From positions 27,359 to 91,358 of IMG/VR virus record IMGVR_UViG_3300025519_000044: a stretch of 64,000 bases of DNA; one strand, 5' to 3'. The translations under genes and the position numbers were made by a program. Shown piece after piece: positions 11,259 to 21,336 of the stretch. This stretch comes from a virus. Every line of letters begins with the position of its first letter. Position 1 is the first letter of the stretch. The notes under the pieces are model-generated. The model was not told the origin of the DNA. It saw nothing but the letters and a program-made list of their open reading frames with translations, and ran no database searches.

Positions 11259-12923
11259 ATGACAGCAACCGTACCGGAAAATGAATTCGGATTCCACTAT
11301 GCCGGGGTCCATTCACGCGAATTCAATATCCGAGTAATTGAAATCCACCGGAATGCAACTGGAACCATGACAGAGGAAACACAGGACATACCCGGCATGA
11401 GAGGTGATTTGTATCTCGGAGTAGACGAAAGAAGCAAGCCGATCCCAGTGGACATAGAAATTGTAGCCGATTCCCATGAGCAGCGGAACGAACTGGTCCA
11501 CCAAATCGCGGAATGGCTAAAACCGGTGGAAGATAATGAATTTGAATTAATATTTGATGATGAACAGGATTTTGTATATTACGCCCACGTTTCCAACATA
11601 GCAGAGATTACGCGCAGCCTATACAAAGGGCGTACAACGATAACATTCACTTGCTCGGATCCAAAAGCATATGGCGAATATATCAGCCAGGAAATAACCG
11701 AAAACCCAGCAACAATCATGCCGGATGGCATAGACGAATGCTATCCGATTTTTACATGCATTCCGCAAAAAGACGAAAGCATAATCGCAGTAAGCGACGA
11801 AGAAGGAAACTATGTATATATAGGTGAGGACGTAGACCCGGACACTGGTGCAGCACCGATTGACAAAGAACCGCGAATTTTACACGACAACTGCAATACG
11901 CTTGCCAATTGGGATAATATCACCAGTAGTAATATTACATTTGAGCTGGAAAATGGTGTCGTCAGCGGATCCGCAACATCAACAGCAAACACGCTCCGAG
12001 TAAACAGTTTCGGCAGCCATGTTAGCGGTAAATGGCATGGCCCAGTTTTACAACAAATGCTAACGGAAAGCTGCCCGGATTATCGTATAAAAGTACGGAT
12101 GTTAAATAACCAATATTATGCCAGGGCGCATGGAAAAATCGAAGTATATCTCTTGGATGCAAACGCGGCCCGAATTGGGAAATTAATGTTAAAAGATAAC
12201 AGCAACAGCAAAACCGTATATGCCCAGGTGGAAATTGGATCACATACCACACACCACGAAATCTATTACGGAGAAGGAACGGTCAAAAAAGGAAAAAAGG
12301 ACACCAAAACGATAAAAACCAAAAACGGCACATATAAAACAAAAGTAAACGGCAAAACAAAGACCGTACAAAAATGGAAAACTATTAAATTAGACGAAGA
12401 CCTGACGACTGACACTTTTACAAATTTTTTCGGATCCATTCAATTGCAGAAAATCGGTAACAAATACAGCATCGAAATTATGAAGCTAGACATTGACACG
12501 ATAAAACCATTGTGGTCAAAGCCTATTACAGCAACATGGACAGATACAAACGGCACATACAACAAAGCACTGGCCGGAGTTGCCGTATATATGGCGAAGT
12601 ATGACATCACAGAAGATACGACCGACCCGGTTACAAGCTATAAAAATAATGATTTGGCATTAACCGATTTGCAAGTTTGGAACATAATTGATGGCGGAAA
12701 CAGCGGCAGCACCGAACCGACGGTGATTGTACGTGCCGGTGATGAAATCAAAATAAATTGTGAAGATCACACCGTTTATAAAAACGGTGATATTTTTATG
12801 GAAAATGTATACATTGGAAGTAATTTCCTGACGATGCAGGGTGGAATTATGAAAACATTCGCATTCAGCCCGGACATAAGAGACGCCGAATGGTACATGG
12901 AGTACAGACCGACAAAGCCATAA
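11259..12923 (+). CDS. Distal tail protein (Dit) with inserted domain
   Basis: Follows tape measure; TF.CSDP motif; homologous to 49554-51230. Confidence 0.85.
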   Translation: MTATVPENEFGFHYAGVHSREFNIRVIEIHRNATGTMTEETQDIPGMRGDLYLGVDERSKPIPVDIEIVADSHEQRNELVHQIAEWLKPVEDNEFELIFDDEQDFVYYAHVSNIAEITRSLYKGRTTITFTCSDPKAYGEYISQEITENPATIMPDGIDECYPIFTCIPQKDESIIAVSDEEGNYVYIGEDVDPDTGAAPIDKEPRILHDNCNTLANWDNITSSNITFELENGVVSGSATSTANTLRVNSFGSHVSGKWHGPVLQQMLTESCPDYRIKVRMLNNQYYARAHGKIEVYLLDANAARIGKLMLKDNSNSKTVYAQVEIGSHTTHHEIYYGEGTVKKGKKDTKTIKTKNGTYKTKVNGKTKTVQKWKTIKLDEDLTTDTFTNFFGSIQLQKIGNKYSIEIMKLDIDTIKPLWSKPITATWTDTNGTYNKALAGVAVYMAKYDITEDTTDPVTSYKNNDLALTDLQVWNIIDGGNSGSTEPTVIVRAGDEIKINCEDHTVYKNGDIFMENVYIGSNFLTMQGGIMKTFAFSPDIRDAEWYMEYRPTKP

Positions 12924-12946
12924 AAACAGGGGGTGAATATTAGAAA

Positions 12947-15900
12947 ATGTATACTATTTTAGATCCAGATTTGAAGGTATGCGGATTTCTAAGCCTTGAC
13001 GGATCCCAAGGCTGCAAATTTTATGATGATTTAAGAACAACCATGATTGCAGACGATCAAGGCAAAGTTTGGAACGATACCCTACAAATTTCCGTACCAT
13101 ATGGGCATCGAGAAACGGAATTAATGAAAAACGGCTATCATTTGGCAGTACAGGGCGATGATGGCCGTTTTTATTGCTATCGTATCTATAATTACACCGA
13201 TTCAGCGGTCGGACCGGTACACGTAAAAAGCGTACAGGCCATAAATTTGTGTATTTGGGATCTAAACCATATAACCCTATCAGATAAAACATTCACGAAT
13301 ATTAAAAGTACAGATGCATTTAATTTCGTATTGCGCGGAAGCGGCTGGCAAATAGGTACAGAAAATTTCGTTGGTACAGCCGACTCGCTAGAATTTACAG
13401 CAGACCAAAAAGCACAAGCCGGATTGGATAATTGTATAAATGAATATGGCGTCGAGGTAAGGGCATATGTGGAAATATACGCCGGTCAAGTAGTAAACAA
13501 AAAGATTGATATTTTACAGGAATTAGGGGTTTCTCAGGGCCGTAGATTGGAATATAGCCGTGACCTGCAAGGCATAACCAGAACCGGTGACGATTCCGAA
13601 TTTTACACGCTTTTGCATGTATATGGGCCGGAAGACAGTGACGGAAATAAAATCACAATTTCGAGCATAAACGGCGGAAAAGACTATGTGGTGGACGACG
13701 ACGCAAACGATGTATATAACCACGGCGGACCATATTTAGAAGGCTATGTCGCAAGTGACAACATAAAGCAAAAACAAGCCCTTCTGGATTGGGGAAAAGA
13801 GCAGCTGCAGAAATACAATCATCCAAAATTCACATATACGGTGGATGTCGCCTATTTGGGATATTTACCGGGATTAGGCGACCACATAGAAGTGGTAGAT
13901 TTTTCAATGCAACCGGAACTGACGATCGCGGCACGAGTTTTGCAACGCGATATTTCAGAAGCAAATCCACAAAATACGAAAGTAACAATCGGTGAATTTG
14001 TGGAAGTCGTTGCCGTCACACCGGCGGACATCTGGGAGCTACAAGCAAAGGCAAGCCAAGCCCAGCAGGCCGCCGAAAAGGCTTTGCAATACAAAGTCGA
14101 AGCCTTTACGCCGGACGGTCTTGATTTTGCGACAAACACCGAACAAAAGCGCGTTATCATCCGGGTTTACGAAGGCACGGAAAATGTGACATACAGCCTC
14201 GACAAAGCGGCATTTGTTTGGCAAAAAATAAACGCGGATGGCACGCACGATACAGATTGGGAAGCCGCACATGTCGGAATAGGGAACATCATTACCGTCG
14301 GAATAGAAGTGGCAGGCTCAACTATCAGGTGCAGCATCGGGGACGCCACAAGCGCGCCCGTCCTGTTTGCAGAGGAATCTGATGCAGCCTATTTTGCAAC
14401 GTTACCGATGGACAATCCTAGCGATGATGTAAATACACATGTTGCCCAATATGCTCAAGTAGATGCTAAGAATGGCTATATTTATTGGTCGCAGGAGTAT
14501 TTCGGTAGCAAAAAGTCATCTAATGGAGGTTGGCAATCATTCAGCATTACAAGAACCACGTTAGATGGGGAGTTCGTTGACCAAATGTGGGTGATCGGCG
14601 GCGGGCACGGATCCAACTTTGGGATTGAGCACAGCGGATCCGATGTTTACATATGGTCGGCCATGATTAACACCAGCAAATCCACGCTAAACGGCACGAC
14701 ATATTGGGGCGTCGCCCGGTTTAAATACACGCCGGGGGCAATCGTAAAATACGGCGCATCCGGGGTAAGTTTTTATTCGTTCGGCAGCACGACCTACTAC
14801 CGGGTTAACTTTGATGAGAAAAACAACTACGTCCACCTGTCTAAAGGAGAAGCGACTTTTTACGTCTGCAAAACAACGGACATTAAAAACGGCGTTTTCA
14901 AACCTTTGTACACCATGGACGCAAGCGAGGCAGGATTTAACGGTTCCGACCAAACGTTTCAATCGTCATGTTTGGATTTTCCGTACGTCTATTTTTGCGC
15001 TGGCGACATGGACGGGCACGACCAGCGCGTTATGTATTGCGCAGACATCCGGAGCCGGAGCCTTGTTTACAAAATTGTTTACACGTTTGATAAGGGCACG
15101 GTTAACCAGATTGGCGCCTACAACGAGCCGGAAGCTATAAGCGTTTATTACGACACAGACGGCACAAAATGGCTGGTACAAGGATTTTCGTGGGGCAACG
15201 AGGACGCCGAGGACAGCCAACGAACAAACCAGCTGTTCCGCATAAGAGAGACGCAAAACAACAGCGCAGGTACAGACAGCGGATCCATTGTTGCGACAAG
15301 CCCTGATGTGGTGTTTACCAACGCTACACAAGTTGCAACCGATGCACAGGGCACAGCTACGCAGGCAGCGGCCACAGCTGCAGGAGCTGCAGAAACCGCA
15401 GGACAAGCACAGCAAACTGCCACACAAGCTGCAGATGCAGCCGGGCAAGCCCAAGCAACGGCACAGACTGCATCCCAGACGGCCACGCAGGCGGCGGCTA
15501 CAGCTGCAGATGCAGCACAAGCAGCACAGACAGCAATTACGACCGCCAACGGCAAAAACAAAGCATATTATGGTGCAACAACGCCAACCAGTCCACAATC
15601 CGGTGATATTTGGTTTGTCACCGATGCAAACGGTGAAGTAACGGCTATCCGGCATTGGGACGACACGCAATGGGTAGACGACGTGGATAATGTCGCCGTC
15701 CAAGAAGCAATTGATGAAGCCAATCAAGCGGCGGCCAATGCGCAACAAGTAGGCGAACAGGCGCAACAAACGGCCGAACAAGCCGCCCAAACTGGGGAAC
15801 AAGCTCAACAAACGGCGGAAGCGGCGCAAAATGCCGCAAATCAAGCTCAACAGGATGCAAATGTTGCTAAAACCCAAGCTCAAAGCGCTGTTGATACTGC

Positions 15901-18097
15901 AAATCAAGCGACACAAAGTGCGAACAACGCGAGTCAAACAGCGTCCGATGCGGCGACACAAGCCAGTAGCGCGTTGACACAAGCACAGAGTGCGATGGCA
16001 GAAGCGCAGAAAAAGGCGGATGCATCCAGCGTTTATACAAAAACAGAGATTGATGATGCGCTCGAGGGTTACGCTACCACGACCACGGTCAACACGCTTA
16101 CGGGGCGTGTAGACAGCGCAGAAACGGCTATTCAGCAAAACACCGATGCAATACAGCTTAAAGCCGATAAATCGACCGTTGACACGCTCACGGGTAGGAT
16201 TAGCACGGCAGAAGCAACTTTGACCGCGCAGGCTGACCAAATTGCAGCGCGAATCACTGAAGCAGATGCAGATGCTAAGTACGCCACGCAGACGGCACTA
16301 ACGGCTACTGCAAATAGTTTGACGAGCAATATTTCAGCTGTACAAACAAATCTCGATAACTTGAAAATCGGTGGTAGAAACTATTTAAGGGGAACGGGAA
16401 CGCCTAAATCCATTACTGCAACTAATGTAAATAACCAAACGTTCACACCTTACTATTTTGTAGGTAATTCTTCAGCCCCTATAATGGATAAAACTATAAC
16501 TGTTTCTTTTGACTGGGAAGTCACTGGCGTCGACTCGCCTTCTGGTGTATTCAGGGTTCAGGGGAGCAATCCTTGGCCGACCATTACTGATAATGTAACT
16601 TTATCATCAACAAATAAAAAAGGACATGTTTCACAGACTAGAACAATAACAGGTGACCCTTTCAGCGGAGTAAACTTTAGACTTGATAATGTAACTGCAG
16701 GGGCAGTTTTAACTATATCAAACATGATGATTGAACTTGGTAATAAAGAAAGCGACTGGACACCAGCCCCCGAGGACATGGCGACTCAATCCCAAATCAG
16801 CCAGCTGTCGGATGATATTAATTTACGCGTACAAAAAAACGATGTGATCAATCAAATTAATCTCAGTACCGAGTCTATTTTAATCGGTGGAAATAAAGTT
16901 CACATCACGGGACAGACCACCATTGACAATGCGGTTATAAAAGATGCAATGATCGATAGCATGACAGCCGACAAGCTTACGGCGGGCACGATTGACGCAA
17001 ATGTGATTACGGTTAAAAACATAAACGCCAGCAATATTGTGACGGGAACGCTAGATGCAAGCAAAGCCACCGTTACAAACATCGACGCGTCTAATATCAC
17101 CACAGGCACGCTAAACGCCGAACGTATTGCCGCCGGCTCCATAGATGCAAGCAAGCTGAACGTTATGTCCTTATCTGCACTTTCGGCAAATCTTGGAAGC
17201 GTAACAGCTGGAAATATTTCCGGTGTGAACATAAACATTGGAAATGGGAACTTTACAGTAGATACATCCGGAAACCTTGTTGCAAAATCCGCAAATATTA
17301 CAGGAACGATCACTGGTTCGACTATAAACGGTAGTGAATTTAATTCTTCAGGTGAAAATGGAGAAATCCATATTTACGATGAATTTATTGAGAGCTTCGA
17401 ACAAATATCTGACATAGAAACAAGCTTAGCCATTATCAGCAGTGGAAATTTTTCACAAACATATCGAGTAAGCTCATCAATATATAAAGAATCCTCGCTT
17501 GCTCCAGGTAGCTTGATGATATATGACATCAATAGTAGCGAGACAGATATTACCGGCGGGGAAATTACAACGGCACAAATCAATATCACATCGGGATTTA
17601 CGGCATCAAATGGAGGTGGAAGTATTATTTTAAAAAACGGCGATATTGTTGGAATAAACGCCATTTATTTAAACGATGCTGCCAATGTCGATAGTGAAGG
17701 ATTGATATTTCCGTGGTCAACATCAACTAATGTATTAGATGTTACACAAGCCGATTGTTTGCGTGCATATAACGGTAGATTATTATTAAACGGAGATGTA
17801 GTCCATACTGAAAAAAGCATGATGATTGCTTGCGGAACTGTTGCTATTACGCCAAGTTCTAGCAATACTCCGACTTATAAGACAATAAGTTTTGGGAAAA
17901 CATTCCCCATTGTTCCAACCGTTGTGGTCACACCTAATTCAACGGTACCAGGAACAACCGTAACGGGTTGGGCTGTAACAGATGTAACGACAACAGGATG
18001 TAAAATATGGGTTACTCGTACAAATACAACCAATACATGGTTAAGTTGGGTTGCTGTAGCTGATAATACAAATTGGACAGCAACGGCAGTAGGCTAA
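12947..18097 (+). CDS. Tal/tail spike-fibre fusion: baseplate hub, beta-propeller receptor-binding domain, coiled coil, carbohydrate-binding module, H-type-lectin-like C-terminus
   Basis: N-terminus homologous to 51244-53727, C-terminus to 53740-56403; GGGHG.NFGIE propeller motif; A/Q/T-rich repeats. Confidence 0.8.
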   Translation: MYTILDPDLKVCGFLSLDGSQGCKFYDDLRTTMIADDQGKVWNDTLQISVPYGHRETELMKNGYHLAVQGDDGRFYCYRIYNYTDSAVGPVHVKSVQAINLCIWDLNHITLSDKTFTNIKSTDAFNFVLRGSGWQIGTENFVGTADSLEFTADQKAQAGLDNCINEYGVEVRAYVEIYAGQVVNKKIDILQELGVSQGRRLEYSRDLQGITRTGDDSEFYTLLHVYGPEDSDGNKITISSINGGKDYVVDDDANDVYNHGGPYLEGYVASDNIKQKQALLDWGKEQLQKYNHPKFTYTVDVAYLGYLPGLGDHIEVVDFSMQPELTIAARVLQRDISEANPQNTKVTIGEFVEVVAVTPADIWELQAKASQAQQAAEKALQYKVEAFTPDGLDFATNTEQKRVIIRVYEGTENVTYSLDKAAFVWQKINADGTHDTDWEAAHVGIGNIITVGIEVAGSTIRCSIGDATSAPVLFAEESDAAYFATLPMDNPSDDVNTHVAQYAQVDAKNGYIYWSQEYFGSKKSSNGGWQSFSITRTTLDGEFVDQMWVIGGGHGSNFGIEHSGSDVYIWSAMINTSKSTLNGTTYWGVARFKYTPGAIVKYGASGVSFYSFGSTTYYRVNFDEKNNYVHLSKGEATFYVCKTTDIKNGVFKPLYTMDASEAGFNGSDQTFQSSCLDFPYVYFCAGDMDGHDQRVMYCADIRSRSLVYKIVYTFDKGTVNQIGAYNEPEAISVYYDTDGTKWLVQGFSWGNEDAEDSQRTNQLFRIRETQNNSAGTDSGSIVATSPDVVFTNATQVATDAQGTATQAAATAAGAAETAGQAQQTATQAADAAGQAQATAQTASQTATQAAATAADAAQAAQTAITTANGKNKAYYGATTPTSPQSGDIWFVTDANGEVTAIRHWDDTQWVDDVDNVAVQEAIDEANQAAANAQQVGEQAQQTAEQAAQTGEQAQQTAEAAQNAANQAQQDANVAKTQAQSAVDTANQATQSANNASQTASDAATQASSALTQAQSAMAEAQKKADASSVYTKTEIDDALEGYATTTTVNTLTGRVDSAETAIQQNTDAIQLKADKSTVDTLTGRISTAEATLTAQADQIAARITEADADAKYATQTALTATANSLTSNISAVQTNLDNLKIGGRNYLRGTGTPKSITATNVNNQTFTPYYFVGNSSAPIMDKTITVSFDWEVTGVDSPSGVFRVQGSNPWPTITDNVTLSSTNKKGHVSQTRTITGDPFSGVNFRLDNVTAGAVLTISNMMIELGNKESDWTPAPEDMATQSQISQLSDDINLRVQKNDVINQINLSTESILIGGNKVHITGQTTIDNAVIKDAMIDSMTADKLTAGTIDANVITVKNINASNIVTGTLDASKATVTNIDASNITTGTLNAERIAAGSIDASKLNVMSLSALSANLGSVTAGNISGVNINIGNGNFTVDTSGNLVAKSANITGTITGSTINGSEFNSSGENGEIHIYDEFIESFEQISDIETSLAIISSGNFSQTYRVSSSIYKESSLAPGSLMIYDINSSETDITGGEITTAQINITSGFTASNGGGSIILKNGDIVGINAIYLNDAANVDSEGLIFPWSTSTNVLDVTQADCLRAYNGRLLLNGDVVHTEKSMMIACGTVAITPSSSNTPTYKTISFGKTFPIVPTVVVTPNSTVPGTTVTGWAVTDVTTTGCKIWVTRTNTTNTWLSWVAVADNTNWTATAVG

Positions 18098-18114
18098 AAG
18101 AAGGATGGTTATAA

Positions 18115-18411
18115 ATGGATGTAGATAATTTTTTAGAACAGTTAAAAGAAAAATTAAAAAATGAAAATATCGTGAAAAATGTAGAGGACTTGTCTCTTGA
18201 CAAGTTTTCTACATTTGAAACTGACGGAAATGGTGAAAAAGTTGAGGTATCTACACAAAGTAGCTCATATTGGACTTATTTAATACCGATCATTGAAGCA
18301 CAACAACAATTGTTAGAATCGTATATCTCTCAATGTGAAAATTTAGTTTTAAAAGTCGCAGATTTAGAAATGCAAATCGCAGATATAAAACAAAAAATGG
18401 AGGCTGCATAG
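18115..18411 (+). CDS. Hypothetical, possible fibre chaperone
   Basis: Near-identical to 56420-56698; C-terminal coiled coil. Confidence 0.65.
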   Translation: MDVDNFLEQLKEKLKNENIVKNVEDLSLDKFSTFETDGNGEKVEVSTQSSSYWTYLIPIIEAQQQLLESYISQCENLVLKVADLEMQIADIKQKMEAA

Positions 18412-18412
18412 C

Positions 18413-18835
18413 ATGCAAGTAAAAATTGAAAATCAAAAATTAGCTCAATCTATTAATCTTTTATACAATCTATCTCTTAAAGGAAAACAATCTCGCCATC
18501 GCTCAAAATTTATTAAAGCTTTGCAAGAACGACTACAGGAGTTTGCAGCAGATGAAAAAGAATTGTTGAAGGAGCACTGTAATTTAGATGAGAACGGCAA
18601 CCCAAAAACAATTGAGAATGGTACGAAGTGGGATGTTAAAGACTTAGATGCTTTTGTTAAGGAAAAGAAAGAGTTATATGAGGAAGAGCGAGTTTTTGAA
18701 GGAGGCGATGCTCAGGAAATGCTCAAAACCGTTAAGGAGGTGTTGCTTAATTGCGATAAAGAATTTACCGGCGCAGAGGCTGAAATTTACGATTACTTGT
18801 GTGATCAGTTCGAAAAAGGAGCGGATGAAAAATGA
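18413..18835 (+). CDS. DUF1617-like phage protein
   Basis: L.GKQSR.R.KF and YDYLCDQF motifs; homolog at 56713. Confidence 0.7.
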   Translation: MQVKIENQKLAQSINLLYNLSLKGKQSRHRSKFIKALQERLQEFAADEKELLKEHCNLDENGNPKTIENGTKWDVKDLDAFVKEKKELYEEERVFEGGDAQEMLKTVKEVLLNCDKEFTGAEAEIYDYLCDQFEKGADEK

Positions 18836-19107
18836 GTGTTAAAATCCAGTTTACGAATATTAATCTTGCAAAAGACAATGAGGGCAATATTACCGGCGCT
18901 ACTGTCCCGGTAACAGTTACATCAGAAATCGGTGGGCAATATTTTTCTACGTCCGGCACATACACGCTAAAGCTGGACGAGCTGACCAGTACCGGGTTTG
19001 ACGCAACAAAATTTGAAAAACTATTGTCCCAAAAAACGGCGGAAAATCTGTCTGCTATGGTAAATGACCTAAACACAGATAACGCAACAGAACAAACGAC
19101 ATCGTAA
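18832..19107 (+). CDS. Hypothetical phage protein
   Basis: GGAG RBS; overlaps upstream stop. Confidence 0.6.
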   Translation: MSVKIQFTNINLAKDNEGNITGATVPVTVTSEIGGQYFSTSGTYTLKLDELTSTGFDATKFEKLLSQKTAENLSAMVNDLNTDNATEQTTS

Positions 19108-19129
19108 TGAGTTAGGGGGTGTGGATCCG

Positions 19130-19462
19130 TTGGAAGGATTGACCATGGATGAAAGAATCGAAAATCATGAAACGCGGATTACCGCCTTAGAAAAAAATTA
19201 CGCGGACTTGACCAACAAAATGCAGGCGGTAGAAACAGGTCAGCTGCGGATTGAAAAAACGTTGCTTGAAGAAGGAAAAGAACAGAAGAAGTTGATTAAC
19301 GAGCAGCGAGAAGAACAGCAGGAGCTTTTAAATAGGCTGCTGGAGCACACACTGAACATAAAGCGAAATAACAGCTATAAAAAATGGGATTTAGCCCTTG
19401 CCCTATTTGGCGGTGGGGGCTTAATTTATGCCTTAATAAGCTTAGTTGAAAGATTTTTTTAA
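19130..19462 (+). CDS. XhlA-like lysis/holin accessory protein
   Basis: Coiled coil plus C-terminal TM helix; AGGGGGT RBS suits TTG 19130. Confidence 0.7.
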   Translation: MEGLTMDERIENHETRITALEKNYADLTNKMQAVETGQLRIEKTLLEEGKEQKKLINEQREEQQELLNRLLEHTLNIKRNNSYKKWDLALALFGGGGLIYALISLVERFF

Positions 19463-19486
19463 CCATAAAGGGAAGGAGTGAACGCT

Positions 19487-20521
19487 ATGAAAGGGTTTGA
19501 CATTTACCATGGCAGCGGAAATGTCGATTTTAAAAAGGCATATGCTGCCGGATACCGGATTGTGATGGTAAAAGCGACAGAGGGCAAGACATTTAAGGAT
19601 CCAAAGTTTTCCGCAAACGTCAAAGCCGCAAAATCTGCCGGGTTTAAGGTGGGCGCCTACCATTTTGCCCGATTTACAAGCCCGGCGGTCGCCCGGCAGG
19701 AAGCGCGGTATTTTTATGGCGCCGTGAAAGGCTATCTCAAATACATGGATGAACCGTTGGTGCTGGATCTTGAGACCAACCATGCCGGCAGCCAGCTGGT
19801 CGCGTCCATGCAGGCGTTTTTTTCCGAGCTGAAAAAGCTTACCGGTCATAGGCTCATGCTCTATAGCATGGGTTATTTTTATCTCTCAAATTTAAAAGGC
19901 CATCATCCCGGTATCCCGTTGTGGTACGCCCGATACGCATCCAGTCCAATCGGTGTGCACAGCTATTATCTATGGCAAAAGTCGCAGAGCGGGAAGGTGC
20001 CGGGGATCTCCGCCTATGTGGACATAAACGAGACAGGCCCGGATTATCCGTCCACATTGCAGGCCGAGGTTAAAAAGGCGGCAGCTGCGGTTACTACTGC
20101 TAAAAAGGCGGCGTCCACAGCTAAGGAGACAACAACAAAGGCAGTGGCCAGGCCAACAACCGCGGTAAAAACGACGCCGTACTATGTAACGGCCGGCAAA
20201 TTAAACATCCGTAAGAGCCCGGGCGGGGACGTTATCGGGCAGCTTAACCACGGCGACAGGGTGCAGGTGCTGGGCATTTCTGCAGGTTGGGCAAAACTCA
20301 AATCGGGCAGCAACGTGGTCTATGTATCTGCTAAGTATCTATCAAAATCGCAAACTGCCACAAAGACGGCGCCGAAACCCGTTTACCACACGGTGGTACG
20401 GGGAGACACGGCGTCAGCCATTGCCAAAAAATACGGTGTCACGCTTGCACAGTTGAAAAGCTGGAACAAGCTTGATAGCAAATACACAATCTATGTCGGT
20501 AAAAAAATCCGCGTAAAATAA
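19487..20521 (+). CDS. Endolysin: GH25 muramidase + SH3b + LysM
   Basis: KATEG, GAYHF and LDLE motifs; LNIRK.PG SH3; C-terminal LysM. Confidence 0.92.
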   Translation: MKGFDIYHGSGNVDFKKAYAAGYRIVMVKATEGKTFKDPKFSANVKAAKSAGFKVGAYHFARFTSPAVARQEARYFYGAVKGYLKYMDEPLVLDLETNHAGSQLVASMQAFFSELKKLTGHRLMLYSMGYFYLSNLKGHHPGIPLWYARYASSPIGVHSYYLWQKSQSGKVPGISAYVDINETGPDYPSTLQAEVKKAAAAVTTAKKAASTAKETTTKAVARPTTAVKTTPYYVTAGKLNIRKSPGGDVIGQLNHGDRVQVLGISAGWAKLKSGSNVVYVSAKYLSKSQTATKTAPKPVYHTVVRGDTASAIAKKYGVTLAQLKSWNKLDSKYTIYVGKKIRVK

Positions 20522-20533
20522 GGAGGAAAAAAC

Positions 20534-21061
20534 ATGTTACACACTATTATTCAAGCAGTTTACGCAATCATTCTGGCAGGGATTCCGGCGGTGCTCGGTT
20601 ATGCCGGAAGATACGCAAAGAAATTTTTGCAATCGAAACACTTGGAAGGCATCGCCATCCGCGCGGTAAAATATGCAGAACAGTTAATGCCGGAACCGGG
20701 GCAGGGCGGGGAAAAGTACCGGGCCGCGTCTCAATATCTGGCGAAAAAGGCATATCAGCTTTTCAAAGTTAACCTGGAGCCGGCCGATATCAGGGCGCTA
20801 ATCGAGGCGGCGGTCAATGATCTCAACCAAGAACTTGCTACATTTGCAGACGCGCCGGCGAAAGAAGCTGTGGAAGACGATGAACCGGCCGAGGAAACGG
20901 AACATGCCGGGGAAGAAACAGCATCAGCAGATGAACAGGTACTCGGTGCAGTTGATGCAAATAATATTAGCGTAACGGCGGAAAACGTTGTTGCACAAGG
21001 AGCAAAAAAAGTCGGAGATATGACGCTGGAAGAATTGCGGGCGGCATTGGCGAATAAATAA
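20534..21061 (+). CDS. Holin, LL-H-like family
   Basis: N-terminal TM helix; AV.YAEQ, G.EK and IEAAV motifs. Confidence 0.8.
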   Translation: MLHTIIQAVYAIILAGIPAVLGYAGRYAKKFLQSKHLEGIAIRAVKYAEQLMPEPGQGGEKYRAASQYLAKKAYQLFKVNLEPADIRALIEAAVNDLNQELATFADAPAKEAVEDDEPAEETEHAGEETASADEQVLGAVDANNISVTAENVVAQGAKKVGDMTLEELRAALANK

Positions 21062-21100
21062 GCCGGATCCGGCAATACTAATGATCCACCAGGACAAATC

Positions 21101-21128
21101 AAAAAAGCCCTCGCAAATGCGGGGGCTT
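21101..21128. terminator. Hairpin terminator after lysis genes
   Basis: AAGCCCTCGC-aaat-GCGGGGGCTT; T tract on minus strand; conserved at ~59524-59549. Confidence 0.7.
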
Positions 21129-21155
21129 GAAATTTAAAAAATAACGTGATAATAT
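21127..21155 (+). promoter_or_regulatory. Sigma-A promoter of repeat-like RNA, copy 1
   Basis: TTGAAA-17 nt-TAATAT with extended TG. Confidence 0.75.
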
Positions 21156-21161
21156 CTTTTT

Positions 21162-21266
21162 AAAGGTATCGCGTCCTTTTAAAAAAAATGCGTGGATTGA
21201 AACTGTGAATTGGATATTTGAGCTAAGCCGAAACTGCCGGGGCTTATTCCTCGGCAGTTTTGCTTT
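21162..21266 (+). ncRNA. Solitary type I-C-like CRISPR repeat RNA (candidate RNA anti-CRISPR or crRNA-like guide), copy 1
   Basis: ATCGCGTCCTTTTAAAAAAAATGCG-TGGATTGAAAC (21168-21203), ~21 nt tail, terminator hairpin 21225-21265. Confidence 0.72.
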
Positions 21267-21268
21267 AT

Positions 21269-21315
21269 AAATAAGGTCGTAAAACCCCTACGCCTTTAGG
21301 CTAGTGGTAGTTCAA
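21269..21315 (+). mobile_element. Possible minimal IS200/IS605-family end remnant
   Basis: Follows TTTAT; hairpin CTAcGCC-ttta-GGCTAG; ends GGTAGTTCA; absent from block 2. Confidence 0.35.
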
Positions 21316-21336
21316 TTTTTAGCCAGAATTGCGTGG

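Noticed and set aside
14966-16240. Long antisense ORFs such as this 424-aa frame, 7015-7809 and 50499-51311
   Set aside because: Shadows of repetitive or biased sense-strand genes, with no RBS or recognisable motifs.
12947-18097. Diversity-generating retroelement or invertible shufflon behind the duplicated fibre ends
   Set aside because: No reverse transcriptase or invertase; the copies are same-strand full genes of two phages and differences are not adenine-specific.
21151-21163. 12/13 match between the start of the mini-array spacer and the promoter region of the I-C-like RNA
   Set aside because: Short AT-rich match with a seed mismatch at position 2, not conserved in copy 2; probably chance.
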